Program-made: the position numbers and the translations under genes
In this document: piece after piece, positions 9,229 through 19,123 of the stretch
Numbering within the stretch: position 1 is the first letter of the stretch
Layout: each line of letters begins with the position of its first letter
IMG/VR virus record: IMGVR_UViG_3300020215_000008
Span: 1-54,069 of that record
Strand: one strand, 5' to 3'
DNA: 54,069 bases
Source: a virus
Taxonomy: Duplodnaviria; Caudoviricetes
The notes under the pieces: model-generated
What the model saw: the letters and a program-made list of their open reading frames with translations, nothing else
What the model was told of the DNA's origin: nothing
Database searches by the model: none

Positions 9229-10853
9229 GCAATGCTCTCAAGCGCTTGCCCGGCTTTGCCGGCTTCTTGTGCCGCGATCGCGCCCTGTGTTGCAGTAGCA
9301 ATGACCTGCTCGGCTTGTTGCTGCTGCGCAAGTTGAGCCGCGTGCTGTTCAACAGCAGCTTCGTCGCGCATCCAGGCGGCCGGTACGCCAATGCCCTCAA
9401 GGGCCTCGCGTAGCGCCTTGCGCGAATCAACCAGTGCCACCGACGCCGGATCGATCTGCATAGCCTCCATGATGAGGCCCTTCGACTCGATGAACTTCTG
9501 ACCCTTTTGCCGCTCGATCGCCTGATGCAAGGGCGACTCGAACTTGAAGCGCACCTTCTCCCCACGCAGCGATTGCGGAATGTCCTGCGGAGGGCCGAAC
9601 GCGTTGTTGCGCATGAGCTCGTCGAATGCCATTTCGCACAGCGCGCCGTTGTACTCGTGCTCCATGGGCTCGAACAACGGCAACGCGTTGCGGATGTATT
9701 CCTGGATGCGCTGACTAGTTTCGAACGCCGTCATCTCGCGATCGGCGGGCGGAAGTGAGAGCTTGTTGAGATAGAACGCCTGCGAGAGCATGGCCTTCTT
9801 CTCTTCAGACACGTCCATTCCGAACGGCAAGCCGCTTTTGTCTTGCGTGATCGGCCGCAGCACCTCGCCCAAGCGCTCGTCATACTGCGCGTCAACCCAC
9901 GTGATGCCGCCCGCGTAGACAGCCACGTCGCCGCGAATCGCTTCCTTTGTGGCAATCATAGGCGGGCGCACTGCCTGCTCGCCCGCCTCAAGCAGCGTCA
10001 GTGTCATGGCCTGGAGTAAGCGCGCATCGGGTAGGCCAGCCACAGCTGCCGGCGAATAGGCGTATTGCGATCCAGAGACTGTCTGCCACCTCGGAATACA
10101 GTAGATCGGGGACCAAGACCCCGACTCACTAATCACATGCTGGTGTTCGATATCGATGTAGATCGATACGAAGGGCGTGCGGAATTTCTGGTCGCCCTCG
10201 TAATAGTCGATCGGCAGGACGATATGCCGGCACTTCACCTTACCGTACGGATCCTTGTCCAGCATCTTGAGCACTTCGGCGTGCATTCGCTCTCGACCGA
10301 AGGTCCGAACGAGCGTGCGCGCGTCAGGATTCCAGTTGCGATGAATATCCCCAATGCTGCCGTTGTAGGTTTCGCACCACGCCACATCACGCAAGTGCCA
10401 ACAGCGAAACAGCAGCGCGACGTTCTTCTGATCCGATTCGACCGAGATCACACACTGCCCGAAGGACGCGAAGTCATGGTCGCCTTCCTTCGTCGCACGC
10501 ACGAACTGCGACACGCGATCGTACATCGCGCGCTTCTGCACACCGGTCGCGTACTCAAGGAACTGCTTGCCTGCAGTGTCGAGCCGTTCTTCACGCTCGA
10601 TCGTGATCCCCATCCAGTCCTGTCCGCGCGGCCGCAGCATGGATGAGATTTGATCGCCGAGCTCTCGCCTAACGAGGATCGGATAGCTGGTCGTCAGGTT
10701 TCCGGCGTAGTCATCCCCGATCGTTCGCCGAACAGTAAAGTCCGCGCGCTCCGGATAGAAGTTTTCGCCAATCTCCTGCCACAGCGAGAGCAGCGTGCCG
10801 CGATTGCTAAACAGCTGATCGCCGAGCCCCACCAGCTTCTTGACGTCGAGCAT
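9225..10853 (-). CDS. Portal (head-tail connector) protein
   Basis: 542 aa; PRW...YAYSP and MTAFE motifs of T7/BPP-1 type portals. Confidence 0.9.
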   Translation of the reverse strand: MLDVKKLVGLGDQLFSNRGTLLSLWQEIGENFYPERADFTVRRTIGDDYAGNLTTSYPILVRRELGDQISSMLRPRGQDWMGITIEREERLDTAGKQFLEYATGVQKRAMYDRVSQFVRATKEGDHDFASFGQCVISVESDQKNVALLFRCWHLRDVAWCETYNGSIGDIHRNWNPDARTLVRTFGRERMHAEVLKMLDKDPYGKVKCRHIVLPIDYYEGDQKFRTPFVSIYIDIEHQHVISESGSWSPIYCIPRWQTVSGSQYAYSPAAVAGLPDARLLQAMTLTLLEAGEQAVRPPMIATKEAIRGDVAVYAGGITWVDAQYDERLGEVLRPITQDKSGLPFGMDVSEEKKAMLSQAFYLNKLSLPPADREMTAFETSQRIQEYIRNALPLFEPMEHEYNGALCEMAFDELMRNNAFGPPQDIPQSLRGEKVRFKFESPLHQAIERQKGQKFIESKGLIMEAMQIDPASVALVDSRKALREALEGIGVPAAWMRDEAAVEQHAAQLAQQQQAEQVIATATQGAIAAQEAGKAGQALESIA

Positions 10854-10856
10854 GAG

Positions 10857-11159
10857 TTAACCGCCGAGCGTGTCGCTGTCACCAGAAGTCAGGATCGTAG
10901 AGGCCCGACCGCCGCCACGCGCCGCATTGCCCCGACGCTTGTTGCGCTTGATCTCTTCCTCATCTGGCATTGGGATCACTTTGTCCTCCTGTGCCGCGAG
11001 AGCCGCTGCTTCTTTCTGAGCTCCGCCGCCATACGCGTAGTCGAGCTTCTTGCCGCGCTTATCCCACTGCTCGCCTTCCTTCTTGATGGACTCGTGGGGC
11101 TTGCCCTTTGAGATCCCGGACCACTTGCGCTTGAAGAGACCTTTCACTGACCCCGTCAT
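10857..11159 (-). CDS. Small virion-associated protein
   Basis: GRASTILT...TLGG C-terminus, between terL and portal. Confidence 0.6.
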   Translation of the reverse strand: MTGSVKGLFKRKWSGISKGKPHESIKKEGEQWDKRGKKLDYAYGGGAQKEAAALAAQEDKVIPMPDEEEIKRNKRRGNAARGGGRASTILTSGDSDTLGG

Positions 11160-12760
11160 TACCTTCTCCCAATGCCATTCGGCCGGCGCGGCCCGTAGTT
11201 AATCGTTGGAGTTCGGCCTGCTCGGCCTTGCTCCTTCGTCCAAATCTGTGCGTGCGTCATCGCTCGAGCGCCGTCGTACCAAGCCATGACGACTGCATCG
11301 CCCTTATCGGTTGACCGCCCAAGCCGCTCGCAAACCTTGTCCTTCGGCTCAACCTTGATACCGCGCGCGACAACTTCGAACGTCGGCGCGGTGAGATCGG
11401 CTACGAGCTCAGGATCTGGCGGAAGCGCGATCGGACTGCCGCCCGGCTGCGCAGGATCAAGCGCCTCGCGGAATTGCCAGTAGGCCTGCGATCGCTTGTT
11501 GAAGAATCCGAGCTTGTTGTCCTTCGTGCGACGTGTGGACGCTTCAGCGCCCTTGTACGTCGAGACGTTCTCGAGCCCGATGTTCTCGGCCAGCTGCTCG
11601 TACAGAGGACCGCCATAGCCACCGCCCATGTCGACAACGACCTTTGCGTTGTGCAGTCGGTGCGAGATCACGATGCCGGCGCAATGCCGGCCGATGCGGC
11701 TGACCGGAATGTCTTTGCCTTCGGTCTTGATGAGCGGCGCATACCAGCCGTCATACCGCGGCGCGATGATCATCGGATCGTCGCCACCACCCGATGCGTC
11801 GACACCCATTGAGCACATGGGGATGTTGTGCGGCGGCTTTTCTGTCCAGCGCTCCTGCGCCGCCTTGATCCATGCAGTCGGGATGACCTGAAATTCCTGA
11901 TCCCGTCGCGCGAGCATGAAGTTGCCCGTGACGAGGATCTCGCGCACCTCCGGCGGCAATGCCGCCAAGGTCTTCGCGTACTCAGTCGGATCGTAGAATG
12001 GGTTGTCTGTGAACTTCGAAGGGATAAACGTGCGCGACTGCGCATATACCCGCACGCCGCCGATCATCGCGCTGTCACCCTTCTGACATTCGCGGTCCTT
12101 GCCGTCGTCCGTTGGCAAGAAGTAACGGAGCTCGCCCGGCTTAGCGGGATTCGGATGCGTGGGGTTCAGCCACGGTCCGAAGTAATCGATCATCCAGTCG
12201 CCCGTGCTATCGAGCGGAGGATTGCTGCCCAGCACGACGCGGCACCGCTGCCCCGGCCGGTCGGTACGCAGCCACCCCATCAGAAGCCGTACTTGCTTCT
12301 CTGGAACCTGTGCCGCCTCATCAATGCAGATCAGGTCGTGATCCACACCCTGATGGCCGCCGATGCCGCCGTCCGAAGCAAGGCCCGCGAAGTGGATGAC
12401 GCCGCCGTCCGGCTTGCGATACTTCGGTCGGGAACCGCCGACAAAACCGTCCTCGCTACCGACGATCTTCTTCGCCGTGTCCATGATGCCTTCAAGATCA
12501 GTGAAGGCACGACGCACAATCAGGGATCGGTGATGCTCGTTGAGCGCCAAGCCCACCTCGAGCGCTGACTTGCCCCCACCCGGCGATCCCCCGAACAGCA
12601 GCACATCCGCCTCGCTGAAGTACGCAGCTGTCTGCGGACCCGGCGAGGGGATGAATTTCAGATCCTTTGTCGCTGCAAGTGTTTCTCGAACGATCTGCTC
12701 TTTCGCCGCGGGCGTCAGGGCATTCAGACGACCGAGCAGATCGTCGAGAATTTCACTCAT
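11159..12760 (-). CDS. terL: Terminase large subunit
   Basis: GGSPGGGKS Walker A, ICIDEAAQ Walker B, SNPP, RNase H-like C-terminus (GVDASGGGDD; STDKGDA). Confidence 0.95.
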   Translation of the reverse strand: MSEILDDLLGRLNALTPAAKEQIVRETLAATKDLKFIPSPGPQTAAYFSEADVLLFGGSPGGGKSALEVGLALNEHHRSLIVRRAFTDLEGIMDTAKKIVGSEDGFVGGSRPKYRKPDGGVIHFAGLASDGGIGGHQGVDHDLICIDEAAQVPEKQVRLLMGWLRTDRPGQRCRVVLGSNPPLDSTGDWMIDYFGPWLNPTHPNPAKPGELRYFLPTDDGKDRECQKGDSAMIGGVRVYAQSRTFIPSKFTDNPFYDPTEYAKTLAALPPEVREILVTGNFMLARRDQEFQVIPTAWIKAAQERWTEKPPHNIPMCSMGVDASGGGDDPMIIAPRYDGWYAPLIKTEGKDIPVSRIGRHCAGIVISHRLHNAKVVVDMGGGYGGPLYEQLAENIGLENVSTYKGAEASTRRTKDNKLGFFNKRSQAYWQFREALDPAQPGGSPIALPPDPELVADLTAPTFEVVARGIKVEPKDKVCERLGRSTDKGDAVVMAWYDGARAMTHAQIWTKEQGRAGRTPTINYGPRRPNGIGRR

Positions 12761-12763
12761 CGA

Positions 12764-13357
12764 TTAGGCGATCTCGACGCGGAAGAAGTCCATCCGCACG
12801 CTGTTCGATGCACTAGCTACCGACCAAGTCGCATACGCCGCGAGCTCTTGTGCCGCAGTCGTATCGATCGTCGTCGAGGCCAAGATGTCATCGGCATACG
12901 TTGCCGTGCCTTCGGCCGCCGCTACGTTCTTCTTGGTGCCGCAGCCCACGATCGTGCCGCTCGCGCCCACCGTGCGAACGATCAGCTCGTACTCACCCGA
13001 GAAGACGTTGTTGTTGGCCACGTCCGTCGCGGCATGCGTAAGCAGCGCCGTGCCCGAAGTGCCACCCAGGTAGAGCGTCACCGCAAGCGTGTCCGTGGAG
13101 TTGGTCGATGTCGCGATGCCTTGATAGCGCACTTTGATCAGCTGGCCCGGCCGCAAGCTGTTCGCCGGAATGCTGTAGTACGTATCGAAGCGCGTCTGCG
13201 TAACGGTGTTGGTAATCGCGGTCGAAGCCGCCTCGTTCGTGTACACCACGAGCGAAGAGACACCACGATTGAAGTTACCGCCCGCAATCAGTCGGCTATT
13301 CGAGTCAAGTCCGAGTGCACGGCCGTGGAGCGACCGCAGAATTTCAGGAACTGCCAT
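12764..13357 (-). CDS. Hypothetical beta-rich protein between terS and terL, probably structural
   Basis: 197 aa, Thr/Ala-rich, GAGG RBS. Confidence 0.55.
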   Translation of the reverse strand: MAVPEILRSLHGRALGLDSNSRLIAGGNFNRGVSSLVVYTNEAASTAITNTVTQTRFDTYYSIPANSLRPGQLIKVRYQGIATSTNSTDTLAVTLYLGGTSGTALLTHAATDVANNNVFSGEYELIVRTVGASGTIVGCGTKKNVAAAEGTATYADDILASTTIDTTAAQELAAYATWSVASASNSVRMDFFRVEIA

Positions 13358-13438
13358 AGTAAACCCTCATGTGAATTGCTTGGTGCTGTTGCCGCGTCCT
13401 GTCGGCTGCTGAGCGCCTATCGCCCGAGCGCTGGGCAT

Positions 13439-13461
13439 AAAAAACCCCGCACTAGGCGGGG
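13439..13461 (-). terminator. Intrinsic terminator (CUAGU loop)
   Basis: CCCCGC-CTAGT-GCGGGG followed by T6. Confidence 0.75.
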
Positions 13462-13520
13462 CTTCGGATTCGGCTGCGGCTTCTTGCGCCGGAGCACATG
13501 GTCGTCATACTCGCTCGGCA

Positions 13521-14048
13521 TCACTTCTGGGCATTCGCGCCTTGCTGCAGTAGGAATGCAAGCCGTCGAGCCAGGTCAAGATCGCTCGTTTGCGGGATCA
13601 GGTCTTTGCCGTCCGCGCCGGTCACTTCGGTCTGCAACCGCTCTCCGTACTTCTTGGGCTTGAGCTTCGCTGCAATCCACTTACGTGTATCGACCCGTAG
13701 CCGCGATCGATTGATCGCCTCACCGTTCAGTCGGTAGCCAGGGTTGTCCTTATCGTGCACTTCCATCCAGTCGTTAGTCGCATCGTCAGAGATATCGAGC
13801 ATCTCCTCGACTAGCAAATCCGCCGACTCTTCCTTCGCGCGCGTGTACTGATCCAAGAACTGTGGATAAGCCCTCATCCAGTTGAACACCGTCTGCATGC
13901 AGGGCATGTCATCCGCCTTGCAAACAGTCCTCAGTGACTTGCCTTCGGCCAGTTGAGAGCAAATGCGATCTGCAGTCTCCTGCGTGTATTCGCTAGGCCT
14001 GCCCCCTTTATTCCGTACCGGCGGAGTCTCCTGCGCCTCATCAGTCAC
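13521..14048 (-). CDS. terS: Terminase small subunit (Sf6-type)
   Basis: GRPSEY, GKSLRTVC and RLRVDTRKWIAAKLKPKKYG motifs. Confidence 0.9.
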   Translation of the reverse strand: MTDEAQETPPVRNKGGRPSEYTQETADRICSQLAEGKSLRTVCKADDMPCMQTVFNWMRAYPQFLDQYTRAKEESADLLVEEMLDISDDATNDWMEVHDKDNPGYRLNGEAINRSRLRVDTRKWIAAKLKPKKYGERLQTEVTGADGKDLIPQTSDLDLARRLAFLLQQGANAQK

Positions 14049-14057
14049 ATCTATCTC

Positions 14058-14468
14058 CTAGTTTCGGAAGTCTTTGCCTGCACGTAAGACAACGATCTGT
14101 CCCTCGCGCTTCTCAAGTCGATCGCCACGATTCAATGTGGCTATGGGGTTAGGGCCTGCGTAGATCGTCAGGTACTCCCCTTCGACCAAGAGCCACACCC
14201 CCGCGTGTGCGAGGAATTCGTTGAAGGCTGGCACGTTGGTCCCATCCCATGTCAGGACATCCGGCGGTACGAGTCCGCCTGCCCTCACAATGCCCAAGCG
14301 GTCGCCGTCGAGCATGATGCGATCGCCCAGGCTCAGCTCCACATTCAGGCCGATACCGATCAAGTGCAGCTTGTCACCGTGTTTGTCGGCCCTCACCAGA
14401 TGCTTCTCTAGGAACTGCTCGATCAGCTTGATGTTGTCGCCGTCCCATGTGAGTGAAGGGAACCCCAT
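14058..14468 (-). CDS. Hypothetical protein made of two tandem LTWDG domains
   Basis: LTWDGDNI.../LTWDGTNV... and LSLGDRI/LNRGDRL repeats. Confidence 0.6.
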   Translation of the reverse strand: MGFPSLTWDGDNIKLIEQFLEKHLVRADKHGDKLHLIGIGLNVELSLGDRIMLDGDRLGIVRAGGLVPPDVLTWDGTNVPAFNEFLAHAGVWLLVEGEYLTIYAGPNPIATLNRGDRLEKREGQIVVLRAGKDFRN

Positions 14469-14471
14469 GTC

Positions 14472-14957
14472 TTACCCCAGTAGCCCGATTTCACGGAACT
14501 TGATCGTGCCGCTCATCGTGACTTCGTCTGCCGGCGCGGTAATACGAACGCAGAAGCGCTCACCTGCCGCGACCGAAATGATCTCGTCGTCCAGGCCATC
14601 CTTCCGGTGCGGGCGATAGATCCATCCTGCTTGGACGTTGAACGTCGTCGAGTACAGCGTCACCGGACTGCCGTTCGATGCAGTCGTGGTGTTGTTCGTC
14701 TCTACCGTCGTTGCCGCTGCCCGGCTCCAGGGCTTGAGGTTCACTGGCGTGGCCGTGCTACCCCCCGAGCCGCTGGTTGTGTTACCACGCACGAGGGTGA
14801 TACCGAGCATCTCGGCGGCCGCATCGCCTGCGTCTGAGACCTGTCCAATGTCGATCTCCAGGATCTCCAGCCGAGAGGTGGCCGGGGCCACAAGCTCGAA
14901 AAGATCCTGCGCGGCCGACACTGCCACCGCGGTGAATGTCGCCGTAAATACGCTCAT
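14472..14957 (-). CDS. Putative accessory structural protein
   Basis: 161 aa, Thr/Ala-rich beta-type sequence, GGAG RBS. Confidence 0.55.
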   Translation of the reverse strand: MSVFTATFTAVAVSAAQDLFELVAPATSRLEILEIDIGQVSDAGDAAAEMLGITLVRGNTTSGSGGSTATPVNLKPWSRAAATTVETNNTTTASNGSPVTLYSTTFNVQAGWIYRPHRKDGLDDEIISVAAGERFCVRITAPADEVTMSGTIKFREIGLLG

Positions 14958-14965
14958 CTGTGCTC

Positions 14966-15409
14966 CTAGTGCAAAAGTCTGCGATTCCGAACAGTGGCCG
15001 CCACTACACTTGCCCCGCCCGATCCGGCCACCGGTGCGGTCGTGCTCGAGAACGTGTCGGATACCCCACCAATGGTGACCACCGTATTGACGGTCGTCGA
15101 ATTGCTTGCGCTCGAGGTATGCCGAGCTCGCACTGCATCGCCATTGCTGACCGTGCCGCTCGATGTTGTGAACGCTCCGCCGTTGATGCTGTACTCGCCA
15201 TCCGTGACTGAGATCGTGGCCGCCGCATCGATGCCCGATACCGTGATCGGGTCCGAAGTAATCGTCGAGCTCAGTGCGACGTTGAAGCGATCGGAGAATG
15301 TGAAGGCGTCCGGAACGGTATCGCTACCTCCCCCGGCCTGTTCCCAGATCGATGTGTTCCAGGCCGCTTCGTTCCACAGCCCTTCCGCCCAGATGACCCC
15401 AAGAGCCAT
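14966..15409 (-). CDS. Ig-like/surface-protein-type domain with Trp-rich N-terminal peptide
   Basis: DTVPDAFTF...YSINGG...TIGGVSDTF domain resembling repeats of bacterial surface proteins. Confidence 0.55.
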   Translation of the reverse strand: MALGVIWAEGLWNEAAWNTSIWEQAGGGSDTVPDAFTFSDRFNVALSSTITSDPITVSGIDAAATISVTDGEYSINGGAFTTSSGTVSNGDAVRARHTSSASNSTTVNTVVTIGGVSDTFSSTTAPVAGSGGASVVAATVRNRRLLH

Positions 15410-16377
15410 TAGACACCGAACGGCGTGCCGGAGCCGTCACCCGTGATTGCTACCGTGTTAATCTGTTCGATGTTCGCCGCAATCGGTGTGCTGGTAGCCG
15501 CGGCAAGCACCGCGGTGGCGATCTCAGTGGCAGCCCCAGCGGCCAGCTCCGATGCACCAATAGCATCAGCAGCGATCTGAGCCGCACCGATAGCGTCCGT
15601 CGCGATCTTTGCCGAAGTGATCGCATTGCTCGCGATAGAAGCCGCCGTGATGGCGCCCGAGCCCCACGCCGTCCCGCCTGCATTGACCACGTTTACGCCC
15701 AGCTGCGCGCTCGACGTGCTCACCGCCGCACCAGAAATCTGCGTCACGTTCGCCGACACCGGCAGGCTTGTCGAGCTCCCCGCAGGGACCACCGTCACCA
15801 GATCGCTCGTCGCAATCGTGAAGATCGGGGCCGCTTCCAATGTCACCGTGCGCGTCGAGCCCACATAGTCGGAGCAGAAGGCAATGCCCTTCTGATTCGC
15901 CGTGCTCGCATCGGTAAAGATGAAAGCCGCCCCATTGTATGCATCGTTATCCGCACTGCCGGCGGTAAGTGTAAAGCTGGTCTGCGTCGACAGCGTCGCG
16001 ATCGTTGTGTCCACTAAGTAAGCCGCACGCGCCACCGGCTTCAGTGCTGCATTAGCCGCACTTCGTCCGATGGTGAACTGCTCGATGACATACCCGACTG
16101 CGCTGTTGCCGTCGACCGTGCCGGTCGTGATGACCAGCGAAACGTCTGTCCCATCAGCAAAACCGTTACCCGTGGTTGCAACCACGCGCACGTTATTCAA
16201 ACCCGTCACGCCATCAAAGTCGGTCGTGAGCGTAATGCCTGCAGTAATCTGCGTTGTCGAGTTACCGACGTACGCCGAAACGACCGGCGTGCCCGACAGA
16301 GTTGCAGGCGCTCCCGTGTCAGGTTCCGTCGTTGTGAACTTGACATCGAATGTGTCGCCGATCGTGATATCTCTCAT
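15409..16377 (-). CDS. Putative fibre/decoration protein
   Basis: Thr-rich beta domains plus AI-x-A-x-x-IA decamer-type repeats near the C-terminus. Confidence 0.55.
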   Translation of the reverse strand: MRDITIGDTFDVKFTTTEPDTGAPATLSGTPVVSAYVGNSTTQITAGITLTTDFDGVTGLNNVRVVATTGNGFADGTDVSLVITTGTVDGNSAVGYVIEQFTIGRSAANAALKPVARAAYLVDTTIATLSTQTSFTLTAGSADNDAYNGAAFIFTDASTANQKGIAFCSDYVGSTRTVTLEAAPIFTIATSDLVTVVPAGSSTSLPVSANVTQISGAAVSTSSAQLGVNVVNAGGTAWGSGAITAASIASNAITSAKIATDAIGAAQIAADAIGASELAAGAATEIATAVLAAATSTPIAANIEQINTVAITGDGSGTPFGV

Positions 16378-17060
16378 CGTGCTCTCACCAGAAGATTGCC
16401 GCCGACCAACTTACCTAGTACCAATCGGCCGCGTCCTACTGCGCCACCGCCCGCCGCCCGCAGCAATACACCGACACCGAATGCTTCCGCTGCTGCGCCA
16501 AGATTGAACCCCATGGATACGCTCGCGGCGCCGGCCGCCGTGCCAATAGCAATCGCGGAGCCGAACGTCGCTTCAGTACTCGAAGCGCGGATGTCCGTGC
16601 CCGTCTCGCCTGTAATGGCGCTGTTAGTACGCAGGAAACACGCGCCCACCCCCATCGCATTGGCATCCCCGGTCGTCAGTGCCGGGATATCTACGTCTGT
16701 GCTGTTTTCGCCCGCCACGTTCGCATCGATTAGCGGACTTGCCGTGTCTACGCCGCTAAATAGCGCGTAGGCCATTTGCGCCACGTTGTTGACGGTGCCA
16801 TTGAAGGATGCGACCAGGTTGGCGTCCGTCGTGAGGGCGAACCCGTACGCGGCCAAGTGCACGCCACCATCAGTGGTTGGCGCGTACAGTTGCGTCATCG
16901 CATTGCCGTCGTACGTCGCACCGTTGCTCGCGAGCGTATTGTCGCGGCCCATCGGGAAACACACGATGTAATTCGCAGCTCCGCGGGTCACCGCCGCGGT
17001 GATCGATGACCCGGAGTACACCGGTGTCGCGAGCGCTGACGAAACGTGTGCTATGGCCAT
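16374..17060 (-). CDS. Putative accessory structural protein
   Basis: 228 aa, MAIA start, Ala/Gly/Thr-rich, basic C-terminal tail. Confidence 0.55.
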   Translation of the reverse strand: MAIAHVSSALATPVYSGSSITAAVTRGAANYIVCFPMGRDNTLASNGATYDGNAMTQLYAPTTDGGVHLAAYGFALTTDANLVASFNGTVNNVAQMAYALFSGVDTASPLIDANVAGENSTDVDIPALTTGDANAMGVGACFLRTNSAITGETGTDIRASSTEATFGSAIAIGTAAGAASVSMGFNLGAAAEAFGVGVLLRAAGGGAVGRGRLVLGKLVGGNLLVRAR

Positions 17061-17086
17061 AAAAAAGCCCGCACTAGGCGGGCTTT
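17061..17086 (-). terminator. Intrinsic terminator closing the GT2 moron (CUAGU loop)
   Basis: GCCCGC-CTAGT-GCGGGC followed by T6. Confidence 0.8.
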
Positions 17087-17109
17087 AAATCTCCTGTTGG
17101 AACCTGTTT

Positions 17110-18018
17110 CTATGCGCGTTCTTTGAACGCTAGCGCTTCACTAAACTCACACTGCTGCGCGTGGCTGACCGGCGCCTGCATTGATCGCGAGACCGCCTCA
17201 CGCACGACGCCGCACCAGTAAGCAGTCGTAGCCGCTCGTGCTGTGCGAACCTTTTCGTTCATCGCGAGCCCTGTCGCGAGACCAGACACCAACGCGCGTC
17301 CCGCTGCTTTAGCAATGGCGGGGTTGTACACCCGCGCATTGCTCATGCCGTGCTTATACGCACGCTTGAACAGCCAGCGCTTCGTCACATGCTTCGCCGG
17401 TATCCAGTGGTGAACCACTGCACGCGGCTCGTACACAACCTTCGCATTAGCTTGTGCCAATCTGTAGAACAGTTCCTGCTCGCCGCCCGACATCATGTTG
17501 CTGCCCGTCGGGCCTACTGCGGCACTCAAGCCACCCACTCGGGCCAGCACATCCCGCCGAAGGATCATGTTGCTGCCGAAGGGGAACTCGGGAAACTTCA
17601 GCTCTCGAGAGTGAGCTCCATAGTCGCAGTGCCCGTAATAGCCTTCCCGCTCGGCAGGCATCCATTCAGGCTTGCGACCTGGCCACTCAACCACGATGCG
17701 CCCGCCTATCGCGTCCACATCGGCGCTAAAGGCTCCTCGCACCGCAGCCGACCAGCCCGGTTCTACCGTCGCGTCATCGTCCAGAAACGCTACCCACTCA
17801 CCTTTTGCTTTGGCCGTGCCGCGGTTCTTGGCGTTCGATGCGCCCGGTTTGGGTTCGACGATATGGCGCAGCCCGAATCGCTCGATGACCGCCTTGGTAT
17901 CGTCCGTAGAGCCGTTGTCTACGACAACCACCTCAACGTCCTGACCCCTCAGGCTCTCCAGTGTTCGAGCTAACGACGCGCTCCGATTGAGCGTTGGTAT
18001 AACAACAGACAGACTCAT
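17110..18018 (-). CDS. Glycosyltransferase family 2
   Basis: SVVIPTLNR, VVVDNGSTD, AFLDDD (DxD) and GSNM motifs. Confidence 0.92.
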   Translation of the reverse strand: MSLSVVIPTLNRSASLARTLESLRGQDVEVVVVDNGSTDDTKAVIERFGLRHIVEPKPGASNAKNRGTAKAKGEWVAFLDDDATVEPGWSAAVRGAFSADVDAIGGRIVVEWPGRKPEWMPAEREGYYGHCDYGAHSRELKFPEFPFGSNMILRRDVLARVGGLSAAVGPTGSNMMSGGEQELFYRLAQANAKVVYEPRAVVHHWIPAKHVTKRWLFKRAYKHGMSNARVYNPAIAKAAGRALVSGLATGLAMNEKVRTARAATTAYWCGVVREAVSRSMQAPVSHAQQCEFSEALAFKERA

Positions 18019-18059
18019 GCCCGCTCCTTATGTTTGATCGTGAATTTCCGTCACAATCA

Positions 18060-18087
18060 ACAATAGCGCAGCTAGACAAGCTGTCAA
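18060..18087 (-). promoter_or_regulatory. Sigma70-like promoter of the GT2 moron
   Basis: TTGACA-16 nt-TATTGT, then a 5' UTR hairpin and TAAGGAG RBS. Confidence 0.65.
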
Positions 18088-18115
18088 ATCGCCGTCAGAT
18101 AATCCGACACTTCCA

Positions 18116-19123
18116 CTAGGTTCCGCGGAACCAGTCATCACGGAATTCGCGGCCAACCTCGAACGCCTCAAGGTCTATCGCGAGATCGTTTTCGTTGTGA
18201 TCTATCTCGCCGCCATCGCAGTAGGCAATGACATCGATTCCGTTATTCCAGCCCGCGCCGTTGAGGCCCGCAGCCTCCACCGGGAAGTTAAACACTCGGA
18301 TGATCGACGACGGGTTGGCGTAATCGTTGTTGTTGATCCATTGCTTGAAGTACGTCACGTTCGTCGTGGCGTACACCTGCTCGATCTGAACCTCAAGCCA
18401 GCCCCCCGTGCTCGATTGCGATGTCGAGTTCGGATTCGCTGGGCAACTCGTCTTGTTGCCGTAGCTGACCAATATCGGATCGCAGCAGCGAAACCCGATC
18501 TCGTTGTTCATGGTCAAGCAGCCGAACTCGCCGTAGTGCGCGTACACCGCGTACTCGGCATCGTTCGCCCAATCTCCGCGATCCCCCGAAAGGCCCCACC
18601 ACGCGGGCGCCACTCGTTCGTTCTGGATTCCCGTGTCAGGGTATCCTGCGGCTTCGACGTTCGCCTGCCACCCCAGCGCGCCGCCACCACCCGAAAGGGC
18701 ATACGGACCACGGAAGTAAAGAATGGAGCGCTCCCCACCGAAGCCGCCATCCTCGCCGCGATCATCGATCAGCTTGATTGCGTTATCCGATGTCCAGCGC
18801 ACATCATCCGCAATGCGCATGTAGAACCGCATGAAGCGGCTATCCCCTACGCTCCACGTCTCGGAAAACGAGGGTGTTGTCCAACCGCATTCGTACTGAA
18901 ACCGATTGGCAAGGAACGTTACGCGGGCTGCAGGTCCGCCGAACCGACCGCCTGTCGCAAGATGCGTGTGCGTCCAGTTGCTACCTGGCGTCGCGCGATT
19001 CGCGAAGTTGTAGAGGTTCGATCCGTTGGCGTTCAGGTTGCTGAAGTCAGCAACGAACAAATTATCGCCACCGCTACTGCCACCGCCGCTCGATACACTC
19101 GAGCGCAGAATAAGAAAACTCAT
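18116..19123 (-). CDS. Putative polysaccharide lyase/ConA-like beta-sandwich protein
   Basis: Aromatic/Asn/Gly-rich; FMRFYMR, GGWLEVQIE and KQWINN patterns typical of jelly-roll carbohydrate-binding folds (inference). Confidence 0.4.
   Translation of the reverse strand: MSFLILRSSVSSGGGSSGGDNLFVADFSNLNANGSNLYNFANRATPGSNWTHTHLATGGRFGGPAARVTFLANRFQYECGWTTPSFSETWSVGDSRFMRFYMRIADDVRWTSDNAIKLIDDRGEDGGFGGERSILYFRGPYALSGGGGALGWQANVEAAGYPDTGIQNERVAPAWWGLSGDRGDWANDAEYAVYAHYGEFGCLTMNNEIGFRCCDPILVSYGNKTSCPANPNSTSQSSTGGWLEVQIEQVYATTNVTYFKQWINNNDYANPSSIIRVFNFPVEAAGLNGAGWNNGIDVIAYCDGGEIDHNENDLAIDLEAFEVGREFRDDWFRGT

Noticed and set aside
18030-18060. CRP/FNR site upstream of GT2
   Set aside because: Half-site spacing does not fit either consensus; it is better explained as a UTR hairpin
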